The translations under genes and the position numbers were made by a program. The notes under the pieces were generated by a model. That model had not been told where the DNA came from, searched no databases, and was given only the letters and a program-made list of their open reading frames with translations. Shown here piece by piece: positions 11,463 to 23,893 of a stretch of DNA of 51,867 nt. The first letter of the stretch is position 1; each line of letters opens with the position of its first letter. The stretch spans positions 226,368 through 278,234 of the forward strand of contig JAHRHZ010000027.1 in NCBI GenBank assembly GCA_024137785.1, written 5' to 3'. The stretch is from Ginglymostoma cirratum (lineage: Eukaryota).

Positions 11463-14368
11463 GTGAGTGACAGCACAAGCTGGATATTTTGGACAGTCTG
11501 TATTGGCTTACGCCTCGTGTACCTGCTATTCAACCGTGATGTTTAAATAGTCAGGGACACGCATAGGCACAGAATACTCAGGAAAAATGATTGGGTGAAG
11601 TCTTGCATCTATTTTATCTAAACTACTTCATCTCAGAAATATTTACCAATATGCAGTAACGTATATTGTTCATGGTTAATTTTAAATAGAGGTTCTCATT
11701 TAGTTTGTCTCAAGAGCCACCAACAAATTGGAAGAAATGTAACAGTAACACAATAGATTTGTGAAAAGTGAGCCTTTGCATGCATTTGCTATCCAATGGA
11801 AACTGAATGTTGCAGCGGTAATAACATCTCTAAGAGGGCATTCCCTGAGTTTTCAATTGTTTTTGCTCTTTCAAGAGCAGCTGTTGAAATATTGAGGCTC
11901 TTTCAATATCAATGCTCCTCGATGACACACATTTTACGCACAGTGCTCCATCAAGAAGGAATCTTTTCCTACCATTCTTTAGCTCCAAAGAAGTAAATTT
12001 GTCATTTTTGCATCCACTCCAAAGTAATCTTCTGAATTTAGCTTCAGTGAAATTTTTGATGCATAACATTCATGGAGGAACCTCAGAAATAGCAGAAGAA
12101 TTCAGCTCTTTGACCCCTTCAACAATGTGCCATCACTCAAAAACATTAAAGTTCCCTCAACACTACTTGCCTGAACAAGACCCATATCTCTGAACAAAAA
12201 ACATTCACTCACAGTTACACTGAATATACTTAAAGCTTGATTGTCACTCAATGGTTGGGAACCTTTCAAATTCTCTAACCAAGAGAGGCAAAGTTTCTCC
12301 TCAACTTCTTCCAAATGCCTGACTCCCATTTTTGAGACTGTGATACTGTGCTCCAGAATCTCCAGCCCTGTGAAATATATGTCCGACATGGGTCTAATCA
12401 AGCCCCCTGGGCTCTTTATATGTTTCAATGAGATCAACACTCATTCCTTTAATTCCTAGGGAAAATAGAACTGATCAGAGAATAATAGAATCATAGACGT
12501 CTAGAGCAAAGAAAAAGACCCTTTATACCATCGATCCTGCACCACTATATAAATAATTTTCCTTCAATTCCTTCCAAACTTCCTGATCTTACTTCAAGTC
12601 TACATCGTCTTCTACATCTGTTCCTCCATAATTTTATACATTTCAATCATGTCCCCTCTCAATCGCCATTGTACCAAGCAAACACACCTAATTTATCCAA
12701 TCTCTCGTCTTCAATAAATCTCACGTCTAAATTCAAACCTAAGGTGATGTATAGTCTACCGTCTAACTATTGGTGCAAAAAGTAGCAATAACTTTGGTTT
12801 GGGAGATGACGATGTAGGATCGGTTTGGATGGAGATGAGGAATAATTTGGATGAAGTGATCCCTTGTGGGAGTGATTTACAAATCCCCGAACACTTGCCA
12901 TGATGTAAGGGGCATTTAAGAAGAAATGAATGGCTGCTTGTGATAAAGGGATAGCAATAACTGTGAGTAATTTTTAACCTGTTTGATGAGGGGTTAGTTG
13001 AATATTTTTGAGACAGTCTCTTACAGCGACACATTCTCGAACCGACCAGATAGCTGGTATTTGGTATTGTCTGAATAGCAGTGACCACAATCTGATTGAA
13101 TTTTATATCACGTTTGAAAGGTAAAGGTATTGTTCAATTATATGGACATGATAGCTCAGCTTTCTGAAGTGAACTGGAATATAAGGTTCGCAAATAGATC
13201 AGTAATGAAGCTGTGACAGACACTGTCAATAATATTTCACAATACTGAGAATAAGGAGATGAGCACAAAAAATTCCAAATGGAGGACTTACCTTACCATG
13301 GTTCACTAAAGAAGTTGAGGAATGCATCAAACTACAGGAAAAAGAATATCAATGCACTAAGATGAATGGCACGTCAGATGACCTGTAACAATAGTGAGAA
13401 TGCCAGAAAATGACAAAAAGTTTAAACAGGACAAATCAATAAAAACATAAAAACAAGCAAGTCAAAAACTCTACAAATGGATAGCAAGAGTTTGAGCATC
13501 TATCTGGAAAGGAAAAGAATAAGTAAAGTGAGTGTTGGTGTCAAGAGATTGAGAATGCAGAGTTAATAGTAGATTGATGCTCTGAGCTCACCTTACGCAA
13601 CGATGAGAAAAGTCAAATCCCAGACTGAAATCTGATTTGGTAGATTTTCTTAACTTTTGGCTAATGCAGTGTTTAATCACTCAAGCAGAATCAGAGAAGA
13701 TTACTGAACTTTTAAAAGAATAGAACAAAAGTTTATGACAAAGAAAATGAAATTGAAAATGAAGGCAATCTATCCGGATTTACAGTTTCAAACAATCCTA
13801 AGACACACTGCAAAACAAAGTTTTCAACTGTTTTCCAACATTGTCAATTTACAGTGACTCAAGTCCAGAGAAATCTGCCATCCTGCTGACGTAAAGTAGC
13901 AGGCTAATACAATGTCATCCTGGACTGAATATAAAAGTGAGATCATTGTGCTTCAATGATGCAGCACATTGTCCCTGAGGGGTCACCATTTTAAAATTAG
14001 GGATCACCCTTTTTTAATACAGAGGTGGAGGAATTTTTTTCTCCAGAGAACTGGCTACCATAGAAGGAGATTGAGGTGGATAGATACTTGTGAGACAAGA
14101 ATCAAAGGTTATCGGGATAAATGGGAATGTGGGATTGGAACACAAATATAACGGCTGTAATCTTCTGGGTGGCTGAGCGGGTTTCAAGAACTGAATGCTC
14201 TGCTTCTGCTTTGTATTTCTAGACTATATCCTCAATTTATATGGTCATATGTTTGTTACAGGTATAGTGCAGCGTCTCCTGTGGGTGGAGGGGTAAAACT
14301 TATTAAGATGTATTTATTTGTATTAAGAGCTCAGATCTTTCTCAATTTCTGAAAAGTTGTCTCCCCAG

Positions 14369-14689
14369 CATCATCACATGTGTGAACAAAGGAGAAAGTA
14401 ACAGGAATTGTGGGAAGATCAATCACCATACCTTGTGAATATGACACATCGTTCAAGGACAACATGAAATACTGGTGTCATGGTTGGAGTACCTACTGCT
14501 CATATTTGGTGAGAACGACTGATCCAGATGGACAGCGAGAGAGAATGTCAATCCAAGATAACAAGACACAAGGAGTATTTGTTGTTACCATGGAGCATCT
14601 TCGCACGGAAGATGCAGGATGGTACAGCTGTGGTATTGATCGAGCAGGTAGAGATGAATTATCTGCTGTGGATCTCAAAGTATCACACG
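14369..14689 (+). CDS. Copy A exon 2: V-set Ig domain 1 (CD300/pIgR-like), contains TGA
   Basis: ctccccag acceptor; G.SITIPCEY..KYWCHGWSTYC...EDAGWYSCGI; extra C-C' Cys pair; donor G|GTACAT; 321 nt, phase 1-1. Confidence 0.93.
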
Positions 14690-15508
14690 GTACATTTTAC
14701 ATTTTTTTAATTAATATCAACTGAACTATCTGTTCAATGTTTTATCTGGGACGAACCATAAAACCTTTAACACCCCAATGTGCTGCAGCAGAGCTGACAC
14801 TTGTTGGTAGGAAGATATGTACAGTGGAGGCCATTCAGCCTATTGAGCCTGTCCCACTAATTAATGCAATTATGGCTGATTGAACACTTCAGTGCCAGTA
14901 AGACACAGTATGCTCTTAACTCTTCATACAAATAATAATAAAAAAATTATCGAGTCCTACTTTAAATATACACCATAAAATCTGTTGAACCTATGATGCA
15001 CTCCTTTCAAGGCAATAATATCTTTCCTGAAGTAAGCTGATCGAAACTGCACAAAATACTTCAGGTTTGGTTTAACCAAGATCCTAAACGATAACTGAAG
15101 CATGAATTCTCAATACTCAAATCCTCATGTAATAAAGGCTAACATGCCTGCATCTTTCCAAATAACTTGCTGCACCTGCATGTTCGCCTTCAATATCTTA
15201 TTGACCAGGGTACCCAAGTCTCTTTATACATCTGTACTTTCCAACATCTCACCATTTAAAAAAATACTCTGCACGTGGGTTCCTCTGACCAAAGTGGATA
15301 ACCTTACATTTATCCACAATATATTCCATCAGCCAAATCCTTGCCCAATCATTAAGCCTGTCCAAATCCTGATGAAGATGTTTTGCATCTTCCTCACAAC
15401 ATATAATCCTCATTTTCTTGTATCATCTGCAAATTTGGAAATGATAAATTTAGTCCCCATCTCTAAATCGTTGTTATTTTCGGAAACAAACTTGGGATCA
15501 GGTACTGA

Positions 15509-15627
15509 GATAACAAGGTGTAGAGCTGGATTAACACAGCAGGCCAAGCAGCATCAGAGGAGCAGGAAGGCTGACGTTTCAGGCCTAGACCTTTCTTCAG
15601 AAAAAAAAGAATTAATACAGAGATGGA
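15509..15627 (-). mobile_element. Short Penelope terminal-repeat element with 14-bp TSD
   Basis: Flanked by GGATCAG(G/A)TACTGA at 15495-15508 and 15628-15641. Confidence 0.75.
15573..15600 (-). ncRNA. Minimal type I hammerhead ribozyme core (intact, PLE family 1)
   Basis: Reverse strand CTGAAGA-A-AGGTC-TA-GGCCT-GAAAC-GTC. Confidence 0.65.
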
Positions 15628-17524
15628 GGATCAGATACTGATCCTTGCCTAACCCTATTAGACACAGTCTGCCAACATGGGAATGCTTCATTTATTCCTC
15701 TTGTCTGTTTTCTGTGTGTTCACCAATCATCAACCCATGCCATTATTTTATGTCCTACACCATGTGCTTTAACTTTGCAAATCAAACTCCTGTGGGGTCC
15801 TTCTCAAAACCCTTCTCGAAATCCAAATGTACTCCATCCTTTAACTTCCATTTCTCAATTTTGTGAGTAACATCCTGAAAAGCTCCAACAAGTTGGTAAA
15901 ACACAATTATCCATTCACTACTTCGTGGCGACTGTACACCATCAAATCATTTTTATCCAAGTGTCCATTTGTCACTTCCTTTATGATAGAGTCTGGCACT
16001 TTCCTTACTACTGATGTGAGCTGATGGATCAGTGGTTCACAAATTTTCCCCTTTCTGTTTCCATAAACAGTGGGGTGACATTTGCAAGCTTCCAGTCTGC
16101 AGAAATCATTCTAGAGCATCTGGGATTTGGGAACATAATTACCAATGCATCATTTACCTCTACTGACACATTTGCCGACAATTTAGAATGTAGACTATCA
16201 GCTGTTGGGGATTTATCAATTCTATGTATTTCTCCAGCACAACCTGCTTACCAATGCTAATTTCCTTCAACTCCTTGTTCTCCCTTCTCACTGGGATCTC
16301 TATTTCAGGTACTTTTCTTGTATTTTCCTCAGCAAAACAGTCACAAATTACACATTTAGCTTCTCTGCCATTTATCCAGTTCCTCATCTAAATTCGCCAA
16401 ACTCTGCTTTTAATGGGTCCTCATTTGCCTCTGCCAATTTTTTTGTTTAAATACCTGCAGAAGCTTTTCAATTTCATGTTTTCTTTGTTAGATTGCATTT
16501 GTGTTCCATTCTTTCCCTTTCAGTCTTAAGTTCCTCCTTTGTGGAATGCTTAAAAAATTCCAAGCCTCAAATTCTAATGATATTGGCCACTTTAAAACCT
16601 TATTGTTTTTATCCCAAAAGTCTTTAACTTCATTTTGTCAGCTAAAGTTGATCTGTCTTTTTTCGAGTGGAATATTTTCTTGCTGTTAGGCATGAAACAG
16701 GTCTTTATGACTGTCCGTTGCCTGTATACTATCCTGCCTTTTAATGTACTTCCCCAAACCGGCTCTGCCACTTTGTGCCTCTCTCTTTCATAACTTTCCT
16801 GATTCAACCTTCCTTCAGATTGAGATACCTCACTTCCAGCCATAAGGTATAATTCTATCAAATTTCTGATCCTTCATCCCAGAACCTTAAGTTCTTAGTT
16901 TCTTTAGTTTCTTCAAAAGAACCTTTAAAAGGTTCTTTTAAAGAAACATCATTAATTAGCTCTTTTTCATGACATTACGTTATACCCAAAATAACCCGTC
17001 GTCTGGTCAGCTCTTCAACATGCTGCTCGACAAAACCAATCATGGTCATGGTAGCTTGCAGTATCATAAGTTTTGGGAACAACACGGCAGTTCTCAGGAT
17101 TTGTGGAAGCCAGCCAATCCTGCTGACATCCATTTTAGAGACATAGAGTCTGACAGCACGCAAAGGGGCCCTTTGTCCCATCACGCCTGTGCTGGTCAGC
17201 AAGTATCTATCTGTCATGCTCCCATGTTCCTGCACTTCACCTGGAAGTCTTGTGGGGTCTGGCATTTCAAGTGATCATTTGAAAAGATTCTAAAAGTTTT
17301 CTGCAGGATCACTGTCTGTGGGTGAGATAATTCCATGGGAGGGGGATTTATCAATCACAGACTGTTAACTCTCAATCTATGCAATGTTAAGCTGATATTT
17401 GGATAGCAACTGTGGAGATTCTAAAATGAAAAGATTTGAATACAAGATAGAAATGATGAAATTTGCAGAGTATTCCTTGTTTAGATCCTCAGTCAGTATC
17501 TCACCATTTGCTTCTTTCTCACAG

Positions 17525-17848
17525 AACCTGTGTCTGTTCCGATCATTCAATTTTTATCACCATCAAATATCTTGTGCTTTGAGAACTCAGTTTCTGTCTC
17601 CTGTGAGTCTGCCCAGGGATCTCTTCCCATTCAGTACACATGGTATGAAAAGACCCCGTCTAAAGACTCAAAGATCTCTCACACCAGTAAACTGGACCTA
17701 CATTGTCAATCCTTCAAACAGCAACAGCATCGATATTACTGCACAGCGTCAAATACTCAGGGAGAAAAGCTCAGTGAAATGGTTACAGTGTCAATCATCC
17801 ACAGATCAGAGAGCAACTGCAGTTTTGTGGCACAAATTGGGAGCCGTG
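17525..17848 (+). CDS. Copy A exon 3: C2-type Ig domain 1 (FCRL-like)
   Basis: tttctcacag acceptor; EPVSVP...SCESAQGSLPIQYTWY...YYCTASNTQGEKLSE; donor G|GTAAAT; 324 nt, phase 1-1. Confidence 0.93.
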
Positions 17849-18349
17849 GTAAATATTCGTTTAAGCTTCTTGAACTGTAGTTGTGTTTTTTCAATGAATG
17901 TCTGCATTAATCAGATACAAGATATCTTCTCCCTTGTGAATATGTTATTATCAAACCGAATGGCTTAATGTTCAAAAAGGAGTCAATTTAACGGCATATT
18001 CTTGAGTTAATAAAGGGTGAGACTGATTGTCACTAAACCTTTAAAATTCAGTGGCCTTCATCAGTGCCTCTCACTTTTGAACTGCTCTTCAGTGACCCTG
18101 AAATTGTGCTGTGTGACTACTTGCAAATCCTACATTAAGCTCCATTTTGGGCTTATTTTGTACAAATCCTATTGCTGGACAGATTTGACTGTTGCTGCCA
18201 AGCAACTCTTCAACTGAGTGCACACTGAAAGTTACATTTCTCAGAGAATGCTGTTTTCTCTGGTACAATTGGATGCACAGGAAATTGATTCCATCACACA
18301 CTGTATGAACAGATGTAGTGGAGAGATTCCTCTGTACTCAGTGGCAACT

Positions 18350-19085
18350 CAGAGAGTCATAACAGCACAGAAACAGACCCTTCGATACAACCAGTCTGTG
18401 ACGAGCATAATCCCAAACTAAACTAGTCCCACCTGCCTGCTCTTGGCCCATATCCTTCCAAACCTTTCCTATTCATACACTTCTCCAAATGTCTTTTAAA
18501 CGTTGTAATTGTACCCACATTCATCACTTCCTCATTCCACATGCGAACCACCCTCTGCGTAAAATATTTGTCTCTCCTGTCTTTTCTAAATCTCTCTCCT
18601 CTCACCATAACAATGTATTCCCTCATCTTAAGTCTCTCATCCTCGGGAAAAGATAATTACCATTAACTCTAGCTGTACCTCTCATTATTTTATGAACTTC
18701 CACAATCGTCTCAACCTCCTACAGTCCAGAGAAACAAGTCCCAGCCTTTCCAGCCTTTCTTTATAACGCAAACCTTCCATACCCAGCAACAAACTGGTAA
18801 ATTTCTTCTGAACCCTCTCCAGCTTGATAATATCCTTCTTTTAATTCAGTGACGAGAACTGGATACAACATCCAGAAGAGTCCTCACCAATGTCCCGTAC
18901 AGCGTCAACATGACCTCCCCTCCCAACTCCTGTACTCAAAGGACTGAGTAATGAAGGCAAGCGTGCCAAAAGCCTTTCTAACCACCCTGTCTATATGTGA
19001 CCCAAACTTCAAAGAATTATGTACCTGCCCCCCTCGGTCCCATTTGATCAAATCCCTTTGTAATCTCAGAAAAGCTTCTTCACCG
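18350..19085 (-). mobile_element. CR1-type LINE 3' fragment
   Basis: ORF 18423-18626 (FTQRVVRMWN, TFKRHLE) and CR1-like 3' UTR; host sequence resumes near 19820. Confidence 0.85.
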
Positions 19086-19094
19086 TCTTCTTTT

Positions 19095-19410
19095 TATTCA
19101 TTCATGGGATGTGGGTGTCAGGGGCTGGGCCACCATTTATGACCCATCCCTAATTTCCCACAGGGCAGTTAAGAGTCAATGACATTGCTTTGAATCTGGA
19201 GTCACACGTAGGCCAGCCCAGGTAAGGACAGCAGTTTCCTTCCCTAAAGGGCATTAGCGAACCAGATGGTTTTTTCCGAAAATTGGCAATGGGTTCTTGG
19301 GCATCATTGGACTCTTAATTCTAGATATTTACTGAATTCAAATTCTACCATCTACCACGGCAGGATTTGATCCCAAATCCCCAGAATGTTACCTGGGTGT
19401 CCGGATTACA
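19095..19410 (-). mobile_element. tRNA-derived SINE, reverse copy (family not assigned)
   Basis: Reverse complement of 19430-19775 (tctggagtcacacgtaggcc vs ggcctacatgtgactccaga). Confidence 0.75.
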
Positions 19411-19429
19411 AATGGCACAGGATGGGAGG

Positions 19430-19775
19430 CAATGACCTTGTGGTATTATCACTAGACTGTTAATCAAGAGACCTTGACAACACTCTGGGGATCTGGGTTC
19501 AAATCCTGCTAGGGCAGATGGCAGATGGTGGAATTTGAATTCAATGAAATATCTGGAATTAAGAATCTAATAATGACCATATATCAATTGTTCGGAAAAA
19601 CCCACCCGGTTCACTGATGTCCTTCAGGGAAGGAAAACTCCATCCTTACATGGACTGGCCTACATGTGACTCCAGACGCAGAGCACTGTGGTTGTCTCTG
19701 AACTTCCCTCTGGGTAATTAGGAATGGACAATAAATGCTGTCTAGCCAGCGACATCTTATCTTGCACTTGAATTA
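19430..19775 (+). mobile_element. tRNA-derived SINE, forward copy
   Basis: B-box GGTTCAAATCC at ~19496-19506 and aataaatgc 3' region. Confidence 0.75.
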
Positions 19776-20742
19776 TCAAAAAGTCCAGCAATAATATCAT
19801 GAGGCCATTCCCTCCCATCTGTGCCATCAATTTTGGTGCTGTCTGCAAACTTACTAATCATGCCCTCTGTATTCTCATCCAAATCATTTACATAAATGAC
19901 AAACAAATGAGGACCCAGAACTGATCCCTATGGAACACTGCTGGTCACAGGCCTCCAGTCCAGAAAGCAACCCTCCACCATTACTCTCTGTCTGCTGATA
20001 TTAAGGCCCATTATATATCCAATTGGCAAGCTCAACCTGAATCCTATGTGAACTAACTTTTCTAATTTGTCTACCATGTGGCACCTCATCAAAAGCTTTA
20101 ACAAAATGCAAATAAACATCTACTGCTCTGCAGTCTTTTTGGTAATTTCCTCAAAAAAATCAAGCAAGTTTGTGAGACACAATTATCCTTGCAGAAAACC
20201 ATACTGACGATCACCAATCAATTTTTGCTTCTTCAAATGTCCATACATTCTCTTTTTTTATAATCACCGCCAAAAATTTTCCTATAAATGAAGTTCAATT
20301 CACAGGTCTACAGTTCCACAGTTTCTCCTTACAACCTTTCTTAAACAAAGGTACAACATTAGCCACCCTCCAGTGATCAGGCACCTCACCTGTCGTTATC
20401 GATGATCAAATATTTCTGCAAGGAGTTTTGCAATTTCCTCCCTTACTTCCCACAACATTTTGGGATATATTACATCAGGTCCAGAGATTTAGCTACCTTC
20501 ATATTCTCTAAGACCTCCTGAACTTCCTCTTTTGTAATGTGAACTGTTTTTAAAACATCAAAAACATAAAACATTTCCTTCAACACATTTGACAAATTCC
20601 TCACTATCCGATCCTTAAACACTGTGGTAGTCCCAGTCAATGTTTGGAAATTTAAAATACCCCCATTTTTACAACCTTATTCTGTTTACATGTATCTGAG
20701 ATATCCCTACATATTTGTTTCTCAATTTCTCTCTTACTCAAA

Positions 20743-20995
20743 GTTTTTGAGTTCCTGCAGGCCTGGCACTCCAACCGGAACTGCATTAACAAACATGTAG
20801 AGCTGGACTCCATATACGAACCACTAAGAAACAAACTCGGAAATGATGCCATCGACCCCAGCAAACCGAGACACATAACTAACAGTGGGACAGAACACTG
20901 ACGCTTCACTGGAGGCGCACTGATGGTGTTACCTAGTATGGTGACGAAATGTTTGCAAACAAACTTACCAGCTCGGCGAGCAAGTCAACAATGGC
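20743..20995 (+). mobile_element. Penelope-like 3' terminal fragment (family 2), homologous to 305-550
   Basis: ttcctgcaggcctggcactc...aaacttaccagctc shared with the window start; hammerhead-like core at 20920-20953. Confidence 0.85.
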
Positions 20996-21259
20996 ATTCC
21001 CTCTTACTATTGGTGGGAGGGCCGATAGTGCAATCGCATCAAAGTGATCGTTCCTTTCTTATTTGTAATTTCTACCCATATATTTTCACTGAATGATTTT
21101 TCAGAAATATCTTCCCGAGTTACCGCAGTAATGTATTCCTTAAACAAAAACATTACCCCCACTTCGCCCCCCGTACCAATAAAACCCCCTTTCTTGCCTC
21201 CTTTCCTGTCCTTCCTATACAATCTCAAACCTGGAACATTGAGCTGCCAGTCTTGTTCA

Positions 21260-21650
21260 TCTCGAGCAGAGCGAGCGCGGACTGAGTCCTGGAAGCGAGT
21301 CACAGCCGGAGCACAGAGCGGGTGCAGATTGAGCCCAGGTCAGCCGGTGGGGGACGAGTCCGGGAGGGAGGACAGCAGATGGAGGCAGCGAAGCCTTGTG
21401 TTCTGAAGCCTGGTGGGGAAGGACTCAGTGAAAAGGAGGATAATTAGAGTACTTTATAGAAACCTTTTATTCTCATTCTGGACTTTTTAAACTTTGTATT
21501 CCCATGCCAGTCTTTTTTTCACTGTTTCAATTCTGTAACAATACTTGAACTATCTGCACCTCGGTATTCTGTACCGAAGATTGTGCCATGGTGCAACATT
21601 ACACACTTTTCACTGCAATCATTCGAGTGCACATGACAATAAACATTACT
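21260..21650 (+). mobile_element. Short non-autonomous retro-element nested in CR1 (family not assigned)
   Basis: GC-rich 5' part and LINE-like 3' end (...gcacatgacaataaa); interrupts continuous CR1 sequence. Confidence 0.5.
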
Positions 21651-22163
21651 GTACTTTATTCTCTCAGTCAAGTTTCTGTAATAGCTATGATGTCCCAATC
21701 CCATGTTTGTAAACATGCAGTTCATCAGCCTTACCTGTAAGACTCTTTGTAGTGTTGTTCTTCAGAGTTACTACATACTCTGGCTCTCCCTTGACTTTCT
21801 TTTCTCATTGACATGCTGCCCTCACATTCAGAGCCTGCTCCATCAATCCTTCCAGTGAGACTGCTCCTCAGAATTCCTCCACTCCCACTGTCTGTTAGTA
21901 TAAAGTCTCCCTTCATGGAGCGAGCAAATCTCCCTGCTAAGATATTTGTCCCCTTCCAGTTCAGCTTGGACCCATCCTTTTAAATCAGGTGTTTTCTATC
22001 TCAAAAGACATTCCAATTGTCCAGAAACCTGAATCCCTGAACAATACACCAGCTATTCAGCCGTTGGTTTATCTCCTCTATCCTTTTGTTCCTTCCCTTG
22101 TATGAAATGTACCTGATTGTATTGAGAGTTATTTTCTGTTTGAAGGACTCATTGTCTTTTCAG

Positions 22164-22472
22164 GTTCAACTGTAACGCCAGCAAAAAATAAAGTGACAGG
22201 AGTTTTGGGAAGAGCGATCACAATAGAATGTCACTATGACAAATGGTCACAATTATATGTGAAATTTTGGAGTCGCCAGTGCTCTGTTTTAGTAAAATCA
22301 AATGACCATCATGGACAGCAAGGAAGAATATCGATCATCGATAACAAGACACAAAATATATTTTCTGTTACAATGGAGGATCTTCGCTCAGATGATGCAG
22401 GATGGTACAGCTGTGGTATTGACCGATCTGGCCACATTTCAGTGTCTGCTGTCGAGCTACAAATATCTCACG
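22164..22472 (+). CDS. Copy A exon 4: V-set Ig domain 2 with 4-codon deletion
   Basis: tcttttcag acceptor; GRAITIECHY..KFW----SRQC...DDAGWYSCGI; donor G|GTATAT; 309 nt, phase 1-1. Confidence 0.93.
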
Positions 22473-22544
22473 GTATATTTCTCAGTGATATCGTTAATTA
22501 TTCTCTATTGAGATGTTTTATCGATGCTTTATCTGTGAGAGAAC

Positions 22545-23215
22545 ATAATCTCAAACTAGTCCCACCTGTTCCTGGTCCATATACCTCCAGATCGTTCCTG
22601 TTAATGTATCTAGCCAAATGCTTTTTAAACATTGTAATTGTACCCACATCCACCACTTCCTCAGGAAGTTCACTCCAGATGCGAACCACGCTCTGTCTAA
22701 AAATTTGCCTCTCCTGTCTTTTCTAACTCCCCCCCGCTCACCTTAAAAATGTGTCCCCTAGTCTTGAAATCCCTCACCCTCGGGAAAAGACAATTACCAT
22801 GAACTTGTCTGATCCTCATCATTTTACAAACTTCAATCAGGTCACCTCTCAACCTGCTACACTTCAGGGAAAAAAGTCCCAGTCTATCCAGCCTTTCTTC
22901 ACAACTCAAACCTTCCATGCCTGGCAACATCCTGGTAAATCTCTTCTGAACCCTCTCCAGCTTGGCAATATCCTTCCTATCACTGCGCAATCAGAACTGG
23001 ACACAATATTCCAGAAGAGGCCTCACCAATGTCCTGTACAACCTCAATATGACTTCCCAACTCCTGTACTCAAAGGACTGAGCAATGAAGACAAGTGTGC
23101 CAAACGCCTTTTTCACAACCCTGTCTCTATGTGATGCAAACTTTGAAGAATTATGTACCTGCACCCCAGGTCCCTCTGTTCTACAACACTACCCAAGGCC
23201 CTACAATTAATTGTA
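22545..23215 (-). mobile_element. CR1-type LINE 3' fragment
   Basis: KDIAKLERVQKRFTRMLPGMEGLS..LRGDLIEV, WSELPEEVV. Confidence 0.9.
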
Positions 23216-23893
23216 ACCTCTCAGATCTGAGCAAGTCCCCTGAAGAGGAAGAGCCAGGCTCCAGTCTGGGACAGGTTTTCAGTCCTGAGACAGACAGATC
23301 GGGCTCTCGGATGTGTTATAATCAGTTATTCTGAGACTTTTTCAGCAGATTTCCTGCCAACAACCTGTTTGCTGGTTTTAATCTAGCTCAGTGATATCAC
23401 TTTTGGGGAATGGCCATGCACTGTCTTTAGTAGAATATCACTCTGACCTCGATCGAACAGCAGATTGGATTATTACACATTACTTCATAGCACATTGCTT
23501 TATAACTAAGGCACACGATTGCCTCTTGCAAAACAATCTGGATCAAATTAGATTACGTACATTATAAATTCCGCTGATGTGAAGGACAATCACTGAAACA
23601 CTGCACATTCTGTGGTGATCACATGTGAACTTGTAGGACACAAGGAGAACCTGGTTAGCTCCTCCCATGAGTTGTCCTCAGAATGTATCTGGTCACCGAT
23701 GTGTTCTGATTACTCTCTTTACAGATAAAAGGGAAAATGTAACTCCACACCAATTCACTCCAATGGAACAGTCATCTAACTTCATAAACTCAGTTACTGA
23801 TTGCACTGAAGTGCTCATCTCAGTCAAATAAGCACATTTGAACATCTCACAGGCATCAAACTTCTTTAAGTCTAAAATAGGTTGCTGTAAAGT

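Larger units (their letters stand above)
9648..15137 (+). repeat. Segmental duplication copy A (visible overlap with 44150-51867)
   Basis: Near-identical colinear sequence, offset ~34.5 kb before and 36730 after the copy-B LINE insertion. Confidence 0.97.
14810..16860 (-). mobile_element. Old decayed CR1-type LINE in intron 2
   Basis: Antisense remnants of RT motifs (tatcatctgcaaatttgga = SKFADD, ttctcgaaatcc), many stops. Confidence 0.75.
19820..22100 (-). mobile_element. Decayed CR1-type LINE body with nested insertions
   Basis: RQRVMVEGCFLDWRPVTSSVP (RT) and WQLNVPG...RKDR...ENIWVEI (endonuclease) on the minus strand. Confidence 0.8.

Noticed and set aside
14383-14385. In-frame TGA as a selenocysteine codon
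   Set aside because: The paralog has Trp rather than Cys at this position and I identified no SECIS; a nonsense change is simpler.
17399-17968. 189-aa ORF overlapping exon 3
   Set aside because: Alternative frame of the C2 exon with no recognisable motif; the equivalent frame in exon 5 is only 75 aa.
14369-22472. V exons as rearranging Ig/TCR V segments
   Set aside because: Each exon encodes a complete domain through the G strand and ends at a splice donor; no heptamer-nonamer RSS seen.
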